NCBI GenBank assembly: GCA_039208735.1
Contig: JBCCQY010000146.1
Location: 1-23,611 of the forward strand
DNA: 23,611 nt
Direction: 5' to 3'
Origin: Myxococcota bacterium
Lineage (GTDB): Bacteria; Myxococcota_A; UBA796; GCA-2862545
The notes below the pieces were generated by a model. The model made no database searches and was not told the origin of the DNA. It was given only the letters and a program-made list of their open reading frames with translations. Position 1 is the stretch's first letter. Each line of letters begins with the position of its first letter. Below are positions 15,405-23,611 of this stretch, piece by piece. Both the position numbers and the translations under genes were made by a program.

Positions 15405-18400
15405 TGGTCCCGGTGTCCGAACCCACTCACATTCGAGTCCGAAACGCGCGTTCCCATAACCTCAAGGGCGTCGATCTCGACGTACCAAGGGGGCGTCTCG
15501 TGGTGTTCACGGGCGTTTCGGGTTCGGGCAAGTCCTCCCTAGCCTACGACACGATCTTCAAAGAAGGCCAACGGCGCTTTGTAGAGTCGCTTTCGGCGTA
15601 TGCGCGACAGTTCCTCGGTGAACTCGACCGCCCGGCGGTCGACCTTGTCGAAGGCGTCTCCCCTACGCTGTCGATCGACCAGAAGACGGTCAATCGGAAC
15701 CCTCGCTCCACCGTGGGCACGGTCACCGAGATCTACGACCATGTGCGGTTGCTCATGGCTCGTCTCGGCACCCCGCGTTGCCCCGAGTGCGGCCGTGAAA
15801 TCTCGCGCCTTTCCGTTCGCCAGATCGTCGAGCACCTCCTCGAAGGGGAGGGGCGCGTCATGGTGCTTGGTCCGGTCATCCAAGAGCGCAAGGGCGAGTA
15901 CCGCAAAGAGATGGCCGAGTTGCACCGCGATGGTTGGGTGCGTGCGCGGGTCGACGGCGAAGTGATCCGGCTCGAGGAGCCGCCCTCCCTCGCACGCTAC
16001 GAAAAGCACACCATCGAGGTGGTGGTTGATCGGGTCGACTTGTCGAAGCGCGATGTCACGCGGTTGTCCGAAGCTGTCGAAACGGCGGCGCGTCTCTCGG
16101 GCGGCACCGTGGTCATCGTCAACGACAAGGATCGCAGCACCACTTACTCGACCGACCGCGCGTGCCCCGACCATCCACACATCTCGATTCCCGAACTCGA
16201 ACCCCGGTTGTTTTCGTTCAACGCTCCCCAAGGGGCATGTGAAACGTGCAACGGGTTGGGCGTCCTCGAGTCCTTCGATCCCGATCTCATCGTCGACCTC
16301 GATCAAAACGCGATCGACGGGTACTTGGCCTTCAACGCGGACGGGAAGGTCCCGTTCACCCACTTCGATCACGACGCGCTGAAGCAGGTGGTGAAGAAGC
16401 TTGGGGGCTCGCTTCGCAAGAAACTGCGTAATTGGGATGAAGCGACCCTAGATCGCTTGCTCTGGGGAGATGCCGAGGTTCGCTACACCTCGGAATGGGA
16501 ACGGGACGGTCGCAAGGAGTCTCGTGAGCGCGAATGGAGAGGGTTCATCCCGCTCATCGAGTCGGTGTGGCGCTACACCGGCTATGGCCCCTTCGCGAGG
16601 TTCCGCACCCGCGTCACCTGTCCAGACTGCAAGGGGGAACGGCTCAACCCGGTGGCCCGGGCCGTGCGGTTTAGGGAACGGGGCATCACCGAGCTGTCTC
16701 GAATGGGCGTTGAAGAGGCCCACACGTTCTTCTCCGGGGTCACGCTGCAGGGCAGTGAGCGCGACATCGGGTCGCAACTGATTCATGAGATTCAAGATCG
16801 GTTGGCGTTTCTCGTCGAAGTTGGGTTGAGCTACCTCTCGCTCGACCGGTCGGCAGCCACCCTTTCGGGCGGCGAATCCCAGCGCATTCGCCTCGCCGCC
16901 CAGGTCGGTAGCGCCTTGCATGGCGTGACCTATGTGCTCGACGAACCCTCGATCGGTCTGCACCCCCGCGACAACCGACGGCTCATCGGTGCGCTCCGTC
17001 GGCTTCGAGACCGAGGGAACTCGGTGCTGGTGGTCGAGCACGACGCCGAGACGATCCTGGCCGCCGACCACGTGGTTGACGTGGGTCCTGGGGCGGGGCG
17101 TGAAGGCGGTCAGGTGGTCGCTACGGGCTCCCCTCGCCAGCTCCTGCGCAGCAAGAAGAGCCCGACCGCGGGCTGGCTGCGCGGAGAGCATCCGATTTCG
17201 CTGAGAGACGCGCCGCGTAAACCGAGTGGACACCTCAAGATCCGAGGGGCTCGCGCCAACAATCTTCAAGACGTCAATGTCGATGTACCGCTGGGCGTAT
17301 TGGTTGTGGTGACCGGGGTATCGGGCTCGGGCAAGTCCAGTCTCACCTTCGAAGTTCTCGAGAACTCGGTGAGCAAGGGCCGACCGATTCAGTGTGCGTC
17401 GATTCAGGGCCTCGACAAGCTCGACAAGATGGTGCGCATCTCGCAGACCCCCATCGGTCGGACGCCTCGTTCCAACCCTGCGACCTACACCGGCGTGTTC
17501 GACCCCATTCGAGAGTTGTTCGCGGCCACCGCAGAGTCGCGCGCACGAGGCTACAAGAAGGGCCGTTTTTCCTTCAATGTGGCCGGGGGCCGATGCGAAG
17601 CCTGTCAGGGGGCGGGCGTGCGCATGGTCGAGATGCAGTTTCTTCCGCCCGTCGAGGTGGTGTGTGAGGCGTGCGAAGGTCGTCGCTTCAATGCCGAGAC
17701 CCTCGAAATCACGTGGAAGGGCCACACGATCGACGATGTGTTGAAGCTCACCGTCGCCGAGGCCTTCGAGTTGTTCCAGAACATCCCGAAGATCGCCCGT
17801 ATGCTCCAGACGTGCATCGATGTGGGCCTAAGCTACCTGCCGCTCGGTCAGCCCTCGACAACGTTGTCGGGTGGTGAAGCCCAACGCATCAAGCTCGCGT
17901 CCGAGTTGCAGCGTCCCGCCACGGGCAACACGCTGTACTTGCTTGATGAGCCTACGACGGGGCTGCACTTTAGAGACGTGGCGCTGCTTCTGAAGGCCTT
18001 GCATCGGCTTGTCGATGCCGGCAACAGCGTCGTGGTGGTGGAGCATCACACCGACGTCATCCTCTCGGCTGACCACCTCATCGATCTGGGTCCTGAGGGT
18101 GGGTTTGGCGGTGGTCAAATCATGGGGGTGGGCGCGCCCGCCGACATCCGCGGACTCGACACGCCCACGGGCCGGGTGCTCGCAGAACTCCCCGAAGCGG
18201 GAGAGGGTGCACTGCCCTACGAGATTCACCAGGCGTCGAAACCCCAGACGCGTCCGCAGGCCCTGAAGGTTCGGGGAGCGAAGCTCCACAACCTCAAGGA
18301 TGTAGACGTCGACGTCCCCCACGGGAAGATGACGGTCATCACCGGCGTGAGTGGATCAGGAAAGACGTCGCTGGCATTCGATACGATCTTCGCCGAAGGT

Positions 18401-21052
18401 CAGCGGCAGTACGTCGAGAGCCTCTCGACGTACGCCCGCCGGTTTTTAGGCCGGCTCGAGCGCGCCCCCGTCGATCGGGTGGAAGGATTGCAGCCAGCCA
18501 TCGCCATCGACCAACGGAACCGAGGCCACAATCCCCGTTCGACCGTGGCGACGGTCACCGAGATCCACGACGTACTGCGCCTGCTCTACGCCCGCATTGG
18601 CCAACCCCATTGTCCGATTTGTGACCGACCGATTCGGGCGTGGCCAGCGGCCCAAGCGGCCTTGGCCCTTAAAGAAGGGGCGTCTGGAGCAGGCTGGGTA
18701 CTGGCACGCCTGCGCCCCTCCGATGACCCCGGGTCTCGACTCAAAGGCCTGATTCAAGATGGATGGCAGCGCCTCTACGGCCCCGACGGGGAAGTGGAAC
18801 TGACGGACGGTACGGCGGTCGAGCTGCTGCGGTCGGGCGCCGACCTCGTGGTGGATCGCATTGCGCCCAAACGGACCGCACTATCTCGTGTAGTTGAGGC
18901 GGTCGAAACGGCGTATCGGTTGGGCGGAGGGGCCGTTCGGTTCATCGCACGGGCGGACGGGGCCGAACAGACGTTCTCGAATCGAGCGGAATGCCCGGAG
19001 CACGGGCTCATCCACGAGGGAGAACTCACGCCGCGGCACTTCTCATTCAACTCGCAGTTGGGCGCGTGTCCTTCCTGTGGTGGGGTGGGGCGGCGCACGG
19101 CGATCGTACCCGAACGACTGCTCGCAAACCCCACCAAGGGCATCTGGGAAGCTCTCGACGAACGCGTCAGTAGCGTACTTTCGCGTTCCCCACGCAACCG
19201 GGCACTCGTCGCCGCCGTACTCGAGGCCCATGGTCTGACGCCCAAGACCCCCGTGAAGAAGTGGTCGAACGCAGTGCGGCGCGAGATTCTCCATGGGCGC
19301 AAAGGCGAACTCACCGTTTCATGGACGAAGAAGTGGGGTTCCACCAAGCGAGCCGTCGAAGAAACGCGCTCGTGGACAGGGCTCATCGCCATGCTCGAGA
19401 ACTGGACCGAGCGCCTGGCCGGGCTCACCGCCGAGGGGGTCTGTCCTACGTGCAACGGAGGTCGCCTAGCGCCCTCGCTGCTTGCCGTTCGCATTGCGGA
19501 CCGCAGCATCGCCCAGCTTTGCGAAATGCCGGTGTCCGAGGCGCGCGAAGTCGTCGGAGACTGGAAACTCGAGGGCGCCAATCAGGTCATCGCCGAGCGT
19601 CCGTTGCTCGAATTGACCCGCCGGCTGTCGTTCCTCATCGACGTTGGGCTGGGCTACCTGTCGCTCGACCGGTCGGCGGACTCGTTGTCCGGTGGTGAAG
19701 CCCAGCGCATTCGGCTTGCGTCACAGCTTGGAGCTGGACTTTGTGGCGTCACCTACGTACTGGATGAGCCGACCGTCGGCCTGCACGCCACCGATACCGA
19801 TCGGCTGCTCGACACGCTTACGGGATTGCGTGACCAAGGCAACACCGTGCTTCTCGTCGAGCACGACCCCGATACGATTCGACGGGCCGACCACATCGTT
19901 GACATGGGGCCCGCTGCGGGCATTCACGGCGGCGAGGTCATCGCTGTCGGCACGCCAGCCGAGATCGAAGCCAACGGAGACTCTCTGACCGGTCGTTGGT
20001 TGGCCGGCCGCGAAGGTCTGCCCAGCCGCCGGAACCGCCGTAAACCACGCGCTCACCTGACCCTTAAGGGTGCGACGGGCCACAACCTCAAGGGGGTCGA
20101 CGTCAAGGTCCCCACGGGCGTGTGGCTGGCGGTATCGGGAGTTTCGGGATCCGGAAAGTCGACCCTCATCATGGATACGTTGGTGCCCGCTATCGAGGCC
20201 GCCAATGGCGCTGAGGTCTACGCGGCACCCCACAAGCGGCTCACCGTCGGCGAGAAGGTGGATCGGGTCGTCGTCGTCGACCAGTCTCCGATCGGGCGAT
20301 CGCCTCGCAGCACCCCGGCGACCTACACCAAAATCATGGATGCGTTGCGCCGGCTGTTCTCCGAGACGCCGGGGGCCATTCAGCGCGGCTACAAAGTGGG
20401 CCGCTTCTCCTTCAATGCCCAGAGTGGGCGCTGCGCTGCGTGTGAAGGGCGAGGGGCGGTACTCGTCGAGATGCACTTCTTGCCCGACGTGTGGGTCACC
20501 TGCGAAACGTGCGGAGGTAAGCGCTACAACGCTGAAACGCTCGAGGTCCGTTGGCGTGGCAAGTCCATCGCAGATGTGTTGGCCATGCGGGCCGATGAAG
20601 CGGCCGAGCTGTTTGCGAACCACCGCTCGCTGGCCCGTAAGCTTCGCGCCATGGTTGATGTGGGCCTCGGCTACCTGACGCTCGGTCAGCCCGCCAACAC
20701 CCTGTCGGGCGGCGAAGCCCAGCGCGTCAAACTCGCTGCGGAACTCACGAGTCGGAAGGGCCACGCGCTCTATGTGCTCGACGAGCCCACGACGGGACTT
20801 CACCTCTCCGACATCTCGAACCTCGTGACGGTGCTGCATCGATTGGTCGATGATGGGCACACCGTGATCACGATCGAACACCACCTCGGCATGCTTACCC
20901 AGGCTGATCGTATTCTCGACATGGGCCCCGAAGGAGGCGCCGGTGGCGGACAGGTCACAGGACACGGCACGCCCGAAGCGATCGCGCGGCTCGACACGCC
21001 GACAGGACGAGCCTTGGCGGCCGAACTTGGCGTGCGGCGCCGCTCGGCATGA
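15404..21052 (+). CDS. uvrA: Excinuclease ABC subunit A, tandem-duplicated (two UvrA units in one polypeptide)
   Basis: Four Walker A motifs (GVSGSGKSS x2, GVSGSGKTS, GVSGSGKST), four LSGGE[SA]QR signatures, two EGQR..VESLS.YAR motifs and paired CxxC zinc motifs. GTG start at 15404 or 15413. Confidence 0.97.
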   Translation: MVPVSEPTHIRVRNARSHNLKGVDLDVPRGRLVVFTGVSGSGKSSLAYDTIFKEGQRRFVESLSAYARQFLGELDRPAVDLVEGVSPTLSIDQKTVNRNPRSTVGTVTEIYDHVRLLMARLGTPRCPECGREISRLSVRQIVEHLLEGEGRVMVLGPVIQERKGEYRKEMAELHRDGWVRARVDGEVIRLEEPPSLARYEKHTIEVVVDRVDLSKRDVTRLSEAVETAARLSGGTVVIVNDKDRSTTYSTDRACPDHPHISIPELEPRLFSFNAPQGACETCNGLGVLESFDPDLIVDLDQNAIDGYLAFNADGKVPFTHFDHDALKQVVKKLGGSLRKKLRNWDEATLDRLLWGDAEVRYTSEWERDGRKESREREWRGFIPLIESVWRYTGYGPFARFRTRVTCPDCKGERLNPVARAVRFRERGITELSRMGVEEAHTFFSGVTLQGSERDIGSQLIHEIQDRLAFLVEVGLSYLSLDRSAATLSGGESQRIRLAAQVGSALHGVTYVLDEPSIGLHPRDNRRLIGALRRLRDRGNSVLVVEHDAETILAADHVVDVGPGAGREGGQVVATGSPRQLLRSKKSPTAGWLRGEHPISLRDAPRKPSGHLKIRGARANNLQDVNVDVPLGVLVVVTGVSGSGKSSLTFEVLENSVSKGRPIQCASIQGLDKLDKMVRISQTPIGRTPRSNPATYTGVFDPIRELFAATAESRARGYKKGRFSFNVAGGRCEACQGAGVRMVEMQFLPPVEVVCEACEGRRFNAETLEITWKGHTIDDVLKLTVAEAFELFQNIPKIARMLQTCIDVGLSYLPLGQPSTTLSGGEAQRIKLASELQRPATGNTLYLLDEPTTGLHFRDVALLLKALHRLVDAGNSVVVVEHHTDVILSADHLIDLGPEGGFGGGQIMGVGAPADIRGLDTPTGRVLAELPEAGEGALPYEIHQASKPQTRPQALKVRGAKLHNLKDVDVDVPHGKMTVITGVSGSGKTSLAFDTIFAEGQRQYVESLSTYARRFLGRLERAPVDRVEGLQPAIAIDQRNRGHNPRSTVATVTEIHDVLRLLYARIGQPHCPICDRPIRAWPAAQAALALKEGASGAGWVLARLRPSDDPGSRLKGLIQDGWQRLYGPDGEVELTDGTAVELLRSGADLVVDRIAPKRTALSRVVEAVETAYRLGGGAVRFIARADGAEQTFSNRAECPEHGLIHEGELTPRHFSFNSQLGACPSCGGVGRRTAIVPERLLANPTKGIWEALDERVSSVLSRSPRNRALVAAVLEAHGLTPKTPVKKWSNAVRREILHGRKGELTVSWTKKWGSTKRAVEETRSWTGLIAMLENWTERLAGLTAEGVCPTCNGGRLAPSLLAVRIADRSIAQLCEMPVSEAREVVGDWKLEGANQVIAERPLLELTRRLSFLIDVGLGYLSLDRSADSLSGGEAQRIRLASQLGAGLCGVTYVLDEPTVGLHATDTDRLLDTLTGLRDQGNTVLLVEHDPDTIRRADHIVDMGPAAGIHGGEVIAVGTPAEIEANGDSLTGRWLAGREGLPSRRNRRKPRAHLTLKGATGHNLKGVDVKVPTGVWLAVSGVSGSGKSTLIMDTLVPAIEAANGAEVYAAPHKRLTVGEKVDRVVVVDQSPIGRSPRSTPATYTKIMDALRRLFSETPGAIQRGYKVGRFSFNAQSGRCAACEGRGAVLVEMHFLPDVWVTCETCGGKRYNAETLEVRWRGKSIADVLAMRADEAAELFANHRSLARKLRAMVDVGLGYLTLGQPANTLSGGEAQRVKLAAELTSRKGHALYVLDEPTTGLHLSDISNLVTVLHRLVDDGHTVITIEHHLGMLTQADRILDMGPEGGAGGGQVTGHGTPEAIARLDTPTGRALAAELGVRRRSA

Positions 21053-21810
21053 GCGACGTGCTCCGCATCGCTGCCGTGCAGTTCAAGGCGGTGAAGGGCG
21101 ATTTGGGGGCGTCGCGCCACCGGTTGTGTGCCTTGGCGGAACGCGCGGCCCGAGGGTCGGACTTGCTTGTGCTGCCCGAGATGGCAGCCACAGGCTACGT
21201 TTTCCCTGATGCTGCGGCCGTGGAAAGGGTGGCCGAACCTGCCGAGGGCCTCACGTTTGAAGCCCTCCGCGCCGTGGCCAAAACGGCCGGCTGTGTGGTG
21301 GTCGCAGGCTTTCCCGAGAATGATCAGGGCACGCTCTACAACAGCGCTTGGGTGATCGATGCGCGAGGCGAACTTGCGTTCGTGTATCGAAAGACCCTGT
21401 TGTACGTCGAAGATGAACATTGGGCGGCGCCCGGTGACTCCGGCTACCACACGTTCGATCTCATGGGTCAGCGGGTTGGCGTGGGCATCTGCATGGACAT
21501 CAATGACGACCGGTTCATCGATTGGTTGGTCCGAACGGACTGCGATGTGGTGGCGTTCCCCACCAACTGGGTGATGTCCCAGGACGAGCCTCCCATCGAC
21601 ACTTGGACCTACTGGGCGTGGCGTCTGACCGGCATCCGGTCCGCATTGGTGGCCGCCAACACCTGGGGCTTCGATGGCGGCATCGAGTTCAGTGGACGTT
21701 CGGCCGTCCTTAAAGAGCGGACGATTCATGCCGCGCTACCCGAACGAGGAGATGGCATGCTTCGCGCTTCTCTTTCGCGGATTGCGCCTGATGGTCTGCA
21801 AGGGCGTTAG
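21049..21810 (+). CDS. Carbon-nitrogen hydrolase (nitrilase superfamily), Nta1-like motifs
   Basis: Glu-Lys-Cys triad in VLPEM, YRKTLLY and GICMD, plus LYNSA and FSGRS. ATGA overlap with uvrA. Confidence 0.9.
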   Translation: MSDVLRIAAVQFKAVKGDLGASRHRLCALAERAARGSDLLVLPEMAATGYVFPDAAAVERVAEPAEGLTFEALRAVAKTAGCVVVAGFPENDQGTLYNSAWVIDARGELAFVYRKTLLYVEDEHWAAPGDSGYHTFDLMGQRVGVGICMDINDDRFIDWLVRTDCDVVAFPTNWVMSQDEPPIDTWTYWAWRLTGIRSALVAANTWGFDGGIEFSGRSAVLKERTIHAALPERGDGMLRASLSRIAPDGLQGR

Positions 21811-21818
21811 ACCGGAGC

Positions 21819-23144
21819 ATGGCCGGTCTGCTGCTGCTTACTGTCTTCCTTGTCTTCGCGAATGGCTTTTTCGTGGCCGCTGAATTCGCGCTCGTAAAGG
21901 TTCGCCCTACCCAGCTCGACGTCGCCGAGGCGGAGGAACGAGCGATGGCGGGGGTGGCCAAAAACATCGTCCACCACCTGGATAGCTACCTTTCCGCTAC
22001 TCAGCTGGGCATCACGCTCACCTCGCTGGGGCTGGGCTGGATCGGGGAACCCGCAGTGGCCGCGCTGCTCGAGCCGGCGTTTCACTCCCTGGGCCTCCCC
22101 GACGACCTGCTCCACCAAGTCTCGTTCATCGTCGGCTTTTCGATCATCAGCTTTCTGCACATCGTGTTGGGCGAAGTGGCGCCGAAGAGCCTCGCTATCG
22201 CACGACCGGTGAGCACGACGCTGGCCGTGTCGTGGCCCATGCGCGTGTTCCACACGGTGACCTACCCCGCCCTCGTCGTCCTCTCGGCCTCGTCCAACCT
22301 GCTGTTGCGCTTGTTTGGTGTCGAGCCTGCCAACACGCATGCGTTGGCGGTGGACAGTGATGAGTTCGTTCGCATGGCCGCGCAGTCCGCCGAGGCGGGT
22401 CACATCTCGACCCAAGAGGGCGAGATGGTGAGCAAGGTCTTTGCGTTCTCAGCGCGGGTCGCCGAGGAGATCATGGTGCCGCGGCACCAGGTGCAGGGTC
22501 TAGACCTTGAAGACGAGCTTATGCCCCAGCTGCAGGAGGCCATGCGGCGAGGCCACAGTCGCTATCCCGTGTACGAGGGCAATCTCGATCGTCCCTTGGG
22601 CATCCTGCACCTCAAGGACCTGTTGAACCAGGATTGGTCCAAGCTGGACGCCGCAGGCCTTCAAGCCCGCATGCGCCCTCTGTTGCTGGTTCCGGGCACG
22701 CTCGCGGCCGAAAAGGTGATGCGCCGCATGCAACGGCGCCGCACCCACCTCGCGTTGGTCGTCGACGAGCGAGGAACGGTCGCCGGACTCGTGACACTCG
22801 AGGACGCGCTTGAGGAACTCGTAGGCGAAATCCACGACGAGTACGACCAAGAGGACGCCGAGATCGAGACGCTCGGTGACGGAACGTACGCGTTTTCCGG
22901 GGCGGTGTTGCTCGACGAGGTGGTCGAGATCCTTCAGGTGGCCGAGCCCGAGTCTCGGGCCCATACGCTCCAGGGCTGGCTCATGGAAGAACTCGAGCGC
23001 CTCCCGGAGTCAGGCGATGTGGTGAACCTGGGTCATTGGTCCCTTCGGATTGCGGGCCTCGAAGGGCGTACCGTTCGTCGCGTCGAAGCCTCACGCACCA
23101 CGCCAGGATCAACGCCCGAATCTGATGCGTCGGAGTCAGCGTGA
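21819..23144 (+). CDS. CNNM/DUF21-CBS-CorC_HlyC family protein (TlyC/'hemolysin' family, putative Mg2+/Co2+ transport)
   Basis: NGFFVAAEFALV, YLSATQLGIT..SLGLGWIGEP, GEVAPKS, IMVPR, HSRYPV and GLVTLEDALEELVGEIHDEYD. Confidence 0.94.
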   Translation: MAGLLLLTVFLVFANGFFVAAEFALVKVRPTQLDVAEAEERAMAGVAKNIVHHLDSYLSATQLGITLTSLGLGWIGEPAVAALLEPAFHSLGLPDDLLHQVSFIVGFSIISFLHIVLGEVAPKSLAIARPVSTTLAVSWPMRVFHTVTYPALVVLSASSNLLLRLFGVEPANTHALAVDSDEFVRMAAQSAEAGHISTQEGEMVSKVFAFSARVAEEIMVPRHQVQGLDLEDELMPQLQEAMRRGHSRYPVYEGNLDRPLGILHLKDLLNQDWSKLDAAGLQARMRPLLLVPGTLAAEKVMRRMQRRRTHLALVVDERGTVAGLVTLEDALEELVGEIHDEYDQEDAEIETLGDGTYAFSGAVLLDEVVEILQVAEPESRAHTLQGWLMEELERLPESGDVVNLGHWSLRIAGLEGRTVRRVEASRTTPGSTPESDASESA

Positions 23145-23443
23145 AGGTGATCGTGGATTTGTGTGTGGTTCCGGTCGGGGTGGGAACATCGGTTTCAGCC
23201 TACGTCGCGGCCTGCCAGAAGGTCCTTGAAGAGGCGGGTTTGGCTCACCAAATGCACGCCTACGGCACGAACATCGAAGGTCCGTGGGATGAGGTGATGG
23301 CCGCGGTGAAGCGATGCCATGAGGTCGTGCACGAAATGGGAGCCCCCCGCATCACAAGCACGCTCAAGGTCGGCACGCGGACGGACCGCGAACAGACCAT
23401 GTCCGACAAGATCGAAAGCGTGGAACGCAAGCTCGAGGGCTAA
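23141..23443 (+). CDS. MTH1187/YkoF family thiamine-binding protein
   Basis: VPVGVGTSVSAYVA, HAYGTNIEGPWDEV, HEMGAPRI and GTRTDR; 100 aa. GTGA overlap with the upstream stop. Confidence 0.92.
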   Translation: MKVIVDLCVVPVGVGTSVSAYVAACQKVLEEAGLAHQMHAYGTNIEGPWDEVMAAVKRCHEVVHEMGAPRITSTLKVGTRTDREQTMSDKIESVERKLEG

Positions 23444-23611
23444 AGCGCGTGGACAGTTTCGTCGCACGCTCCCCTTCTGATATGTACGACCGGCTGTCAA
23501 CCCCCTGACGTTCGCGGTGGTCCAGGCCCACTCGAGGCGTTCTGGAAGACAGGCGAGACGGGCAATATCGACGACGAGTCACTCTGATATTCGTGGGTTA
23601 CGTCGTCGGAA

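Noticed and set aside
21819..23144. 'Hemolysin' as a toxin or virulence gene
   Set aside because: The motifs are those of the widespread CNNM/CorC metal-homeostasis family, and the hemolysin label is a legacy name.
23444..23611. Possible gene end or small ORF at the right edge
   Set aside because: There are only short open frames with no convincing start or motif, and no clear terminator. It cannot be resolved without flanking sequence.

Overview
This is a GC-rich bacterial chromosomal window with no clear mobile element. A Myxococcota or deltaproteobacterial origin is inferred from a Myxococcus-type LexA box, a GYF-like membrane protein, a Hanks-type kinase and a tandem UvrA. From left to right it holds: (1) the 3' tip of nqrA and a complete Na+-NQR operon, nqrBCDEF-apbE-nqrM; (2) a convergent membrane protein with GYF-like, TM, SH3b-like and FxLYD-like domains; (3) a TetR regulator, a ~330-bp cluster of hairpin-rich direct repeats, and a TolC/permease/ATPase/MFP exporter operon, where tetR and tolC each have a matching 28-bp palindrome upstream; (4) a divergent pair of membrane-anchored signalling genes that both have degenerate catalytic motifs, a Ser/Thr kinase lacking the Gly-rich loop and a hybrid histidine kinase whose phospho-acceptor His is replaced by Glu; (5) a 1882-aa tandem double UvrA behind a likely SOS box, closely followed by an Nta1-like carbon-nitrogen hydrolase, a CNNM/CorC family protein and an MTH1187-family protein. 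The best candidates for undescribed biology are the pseudokinase pair, the GNA mini-hairpin repeat cluster, the Nta1-like amidase coupled to uvrA, and an EF-hand-like loop in NqrC. All calls come from reading motifs by eye; no searches were run.
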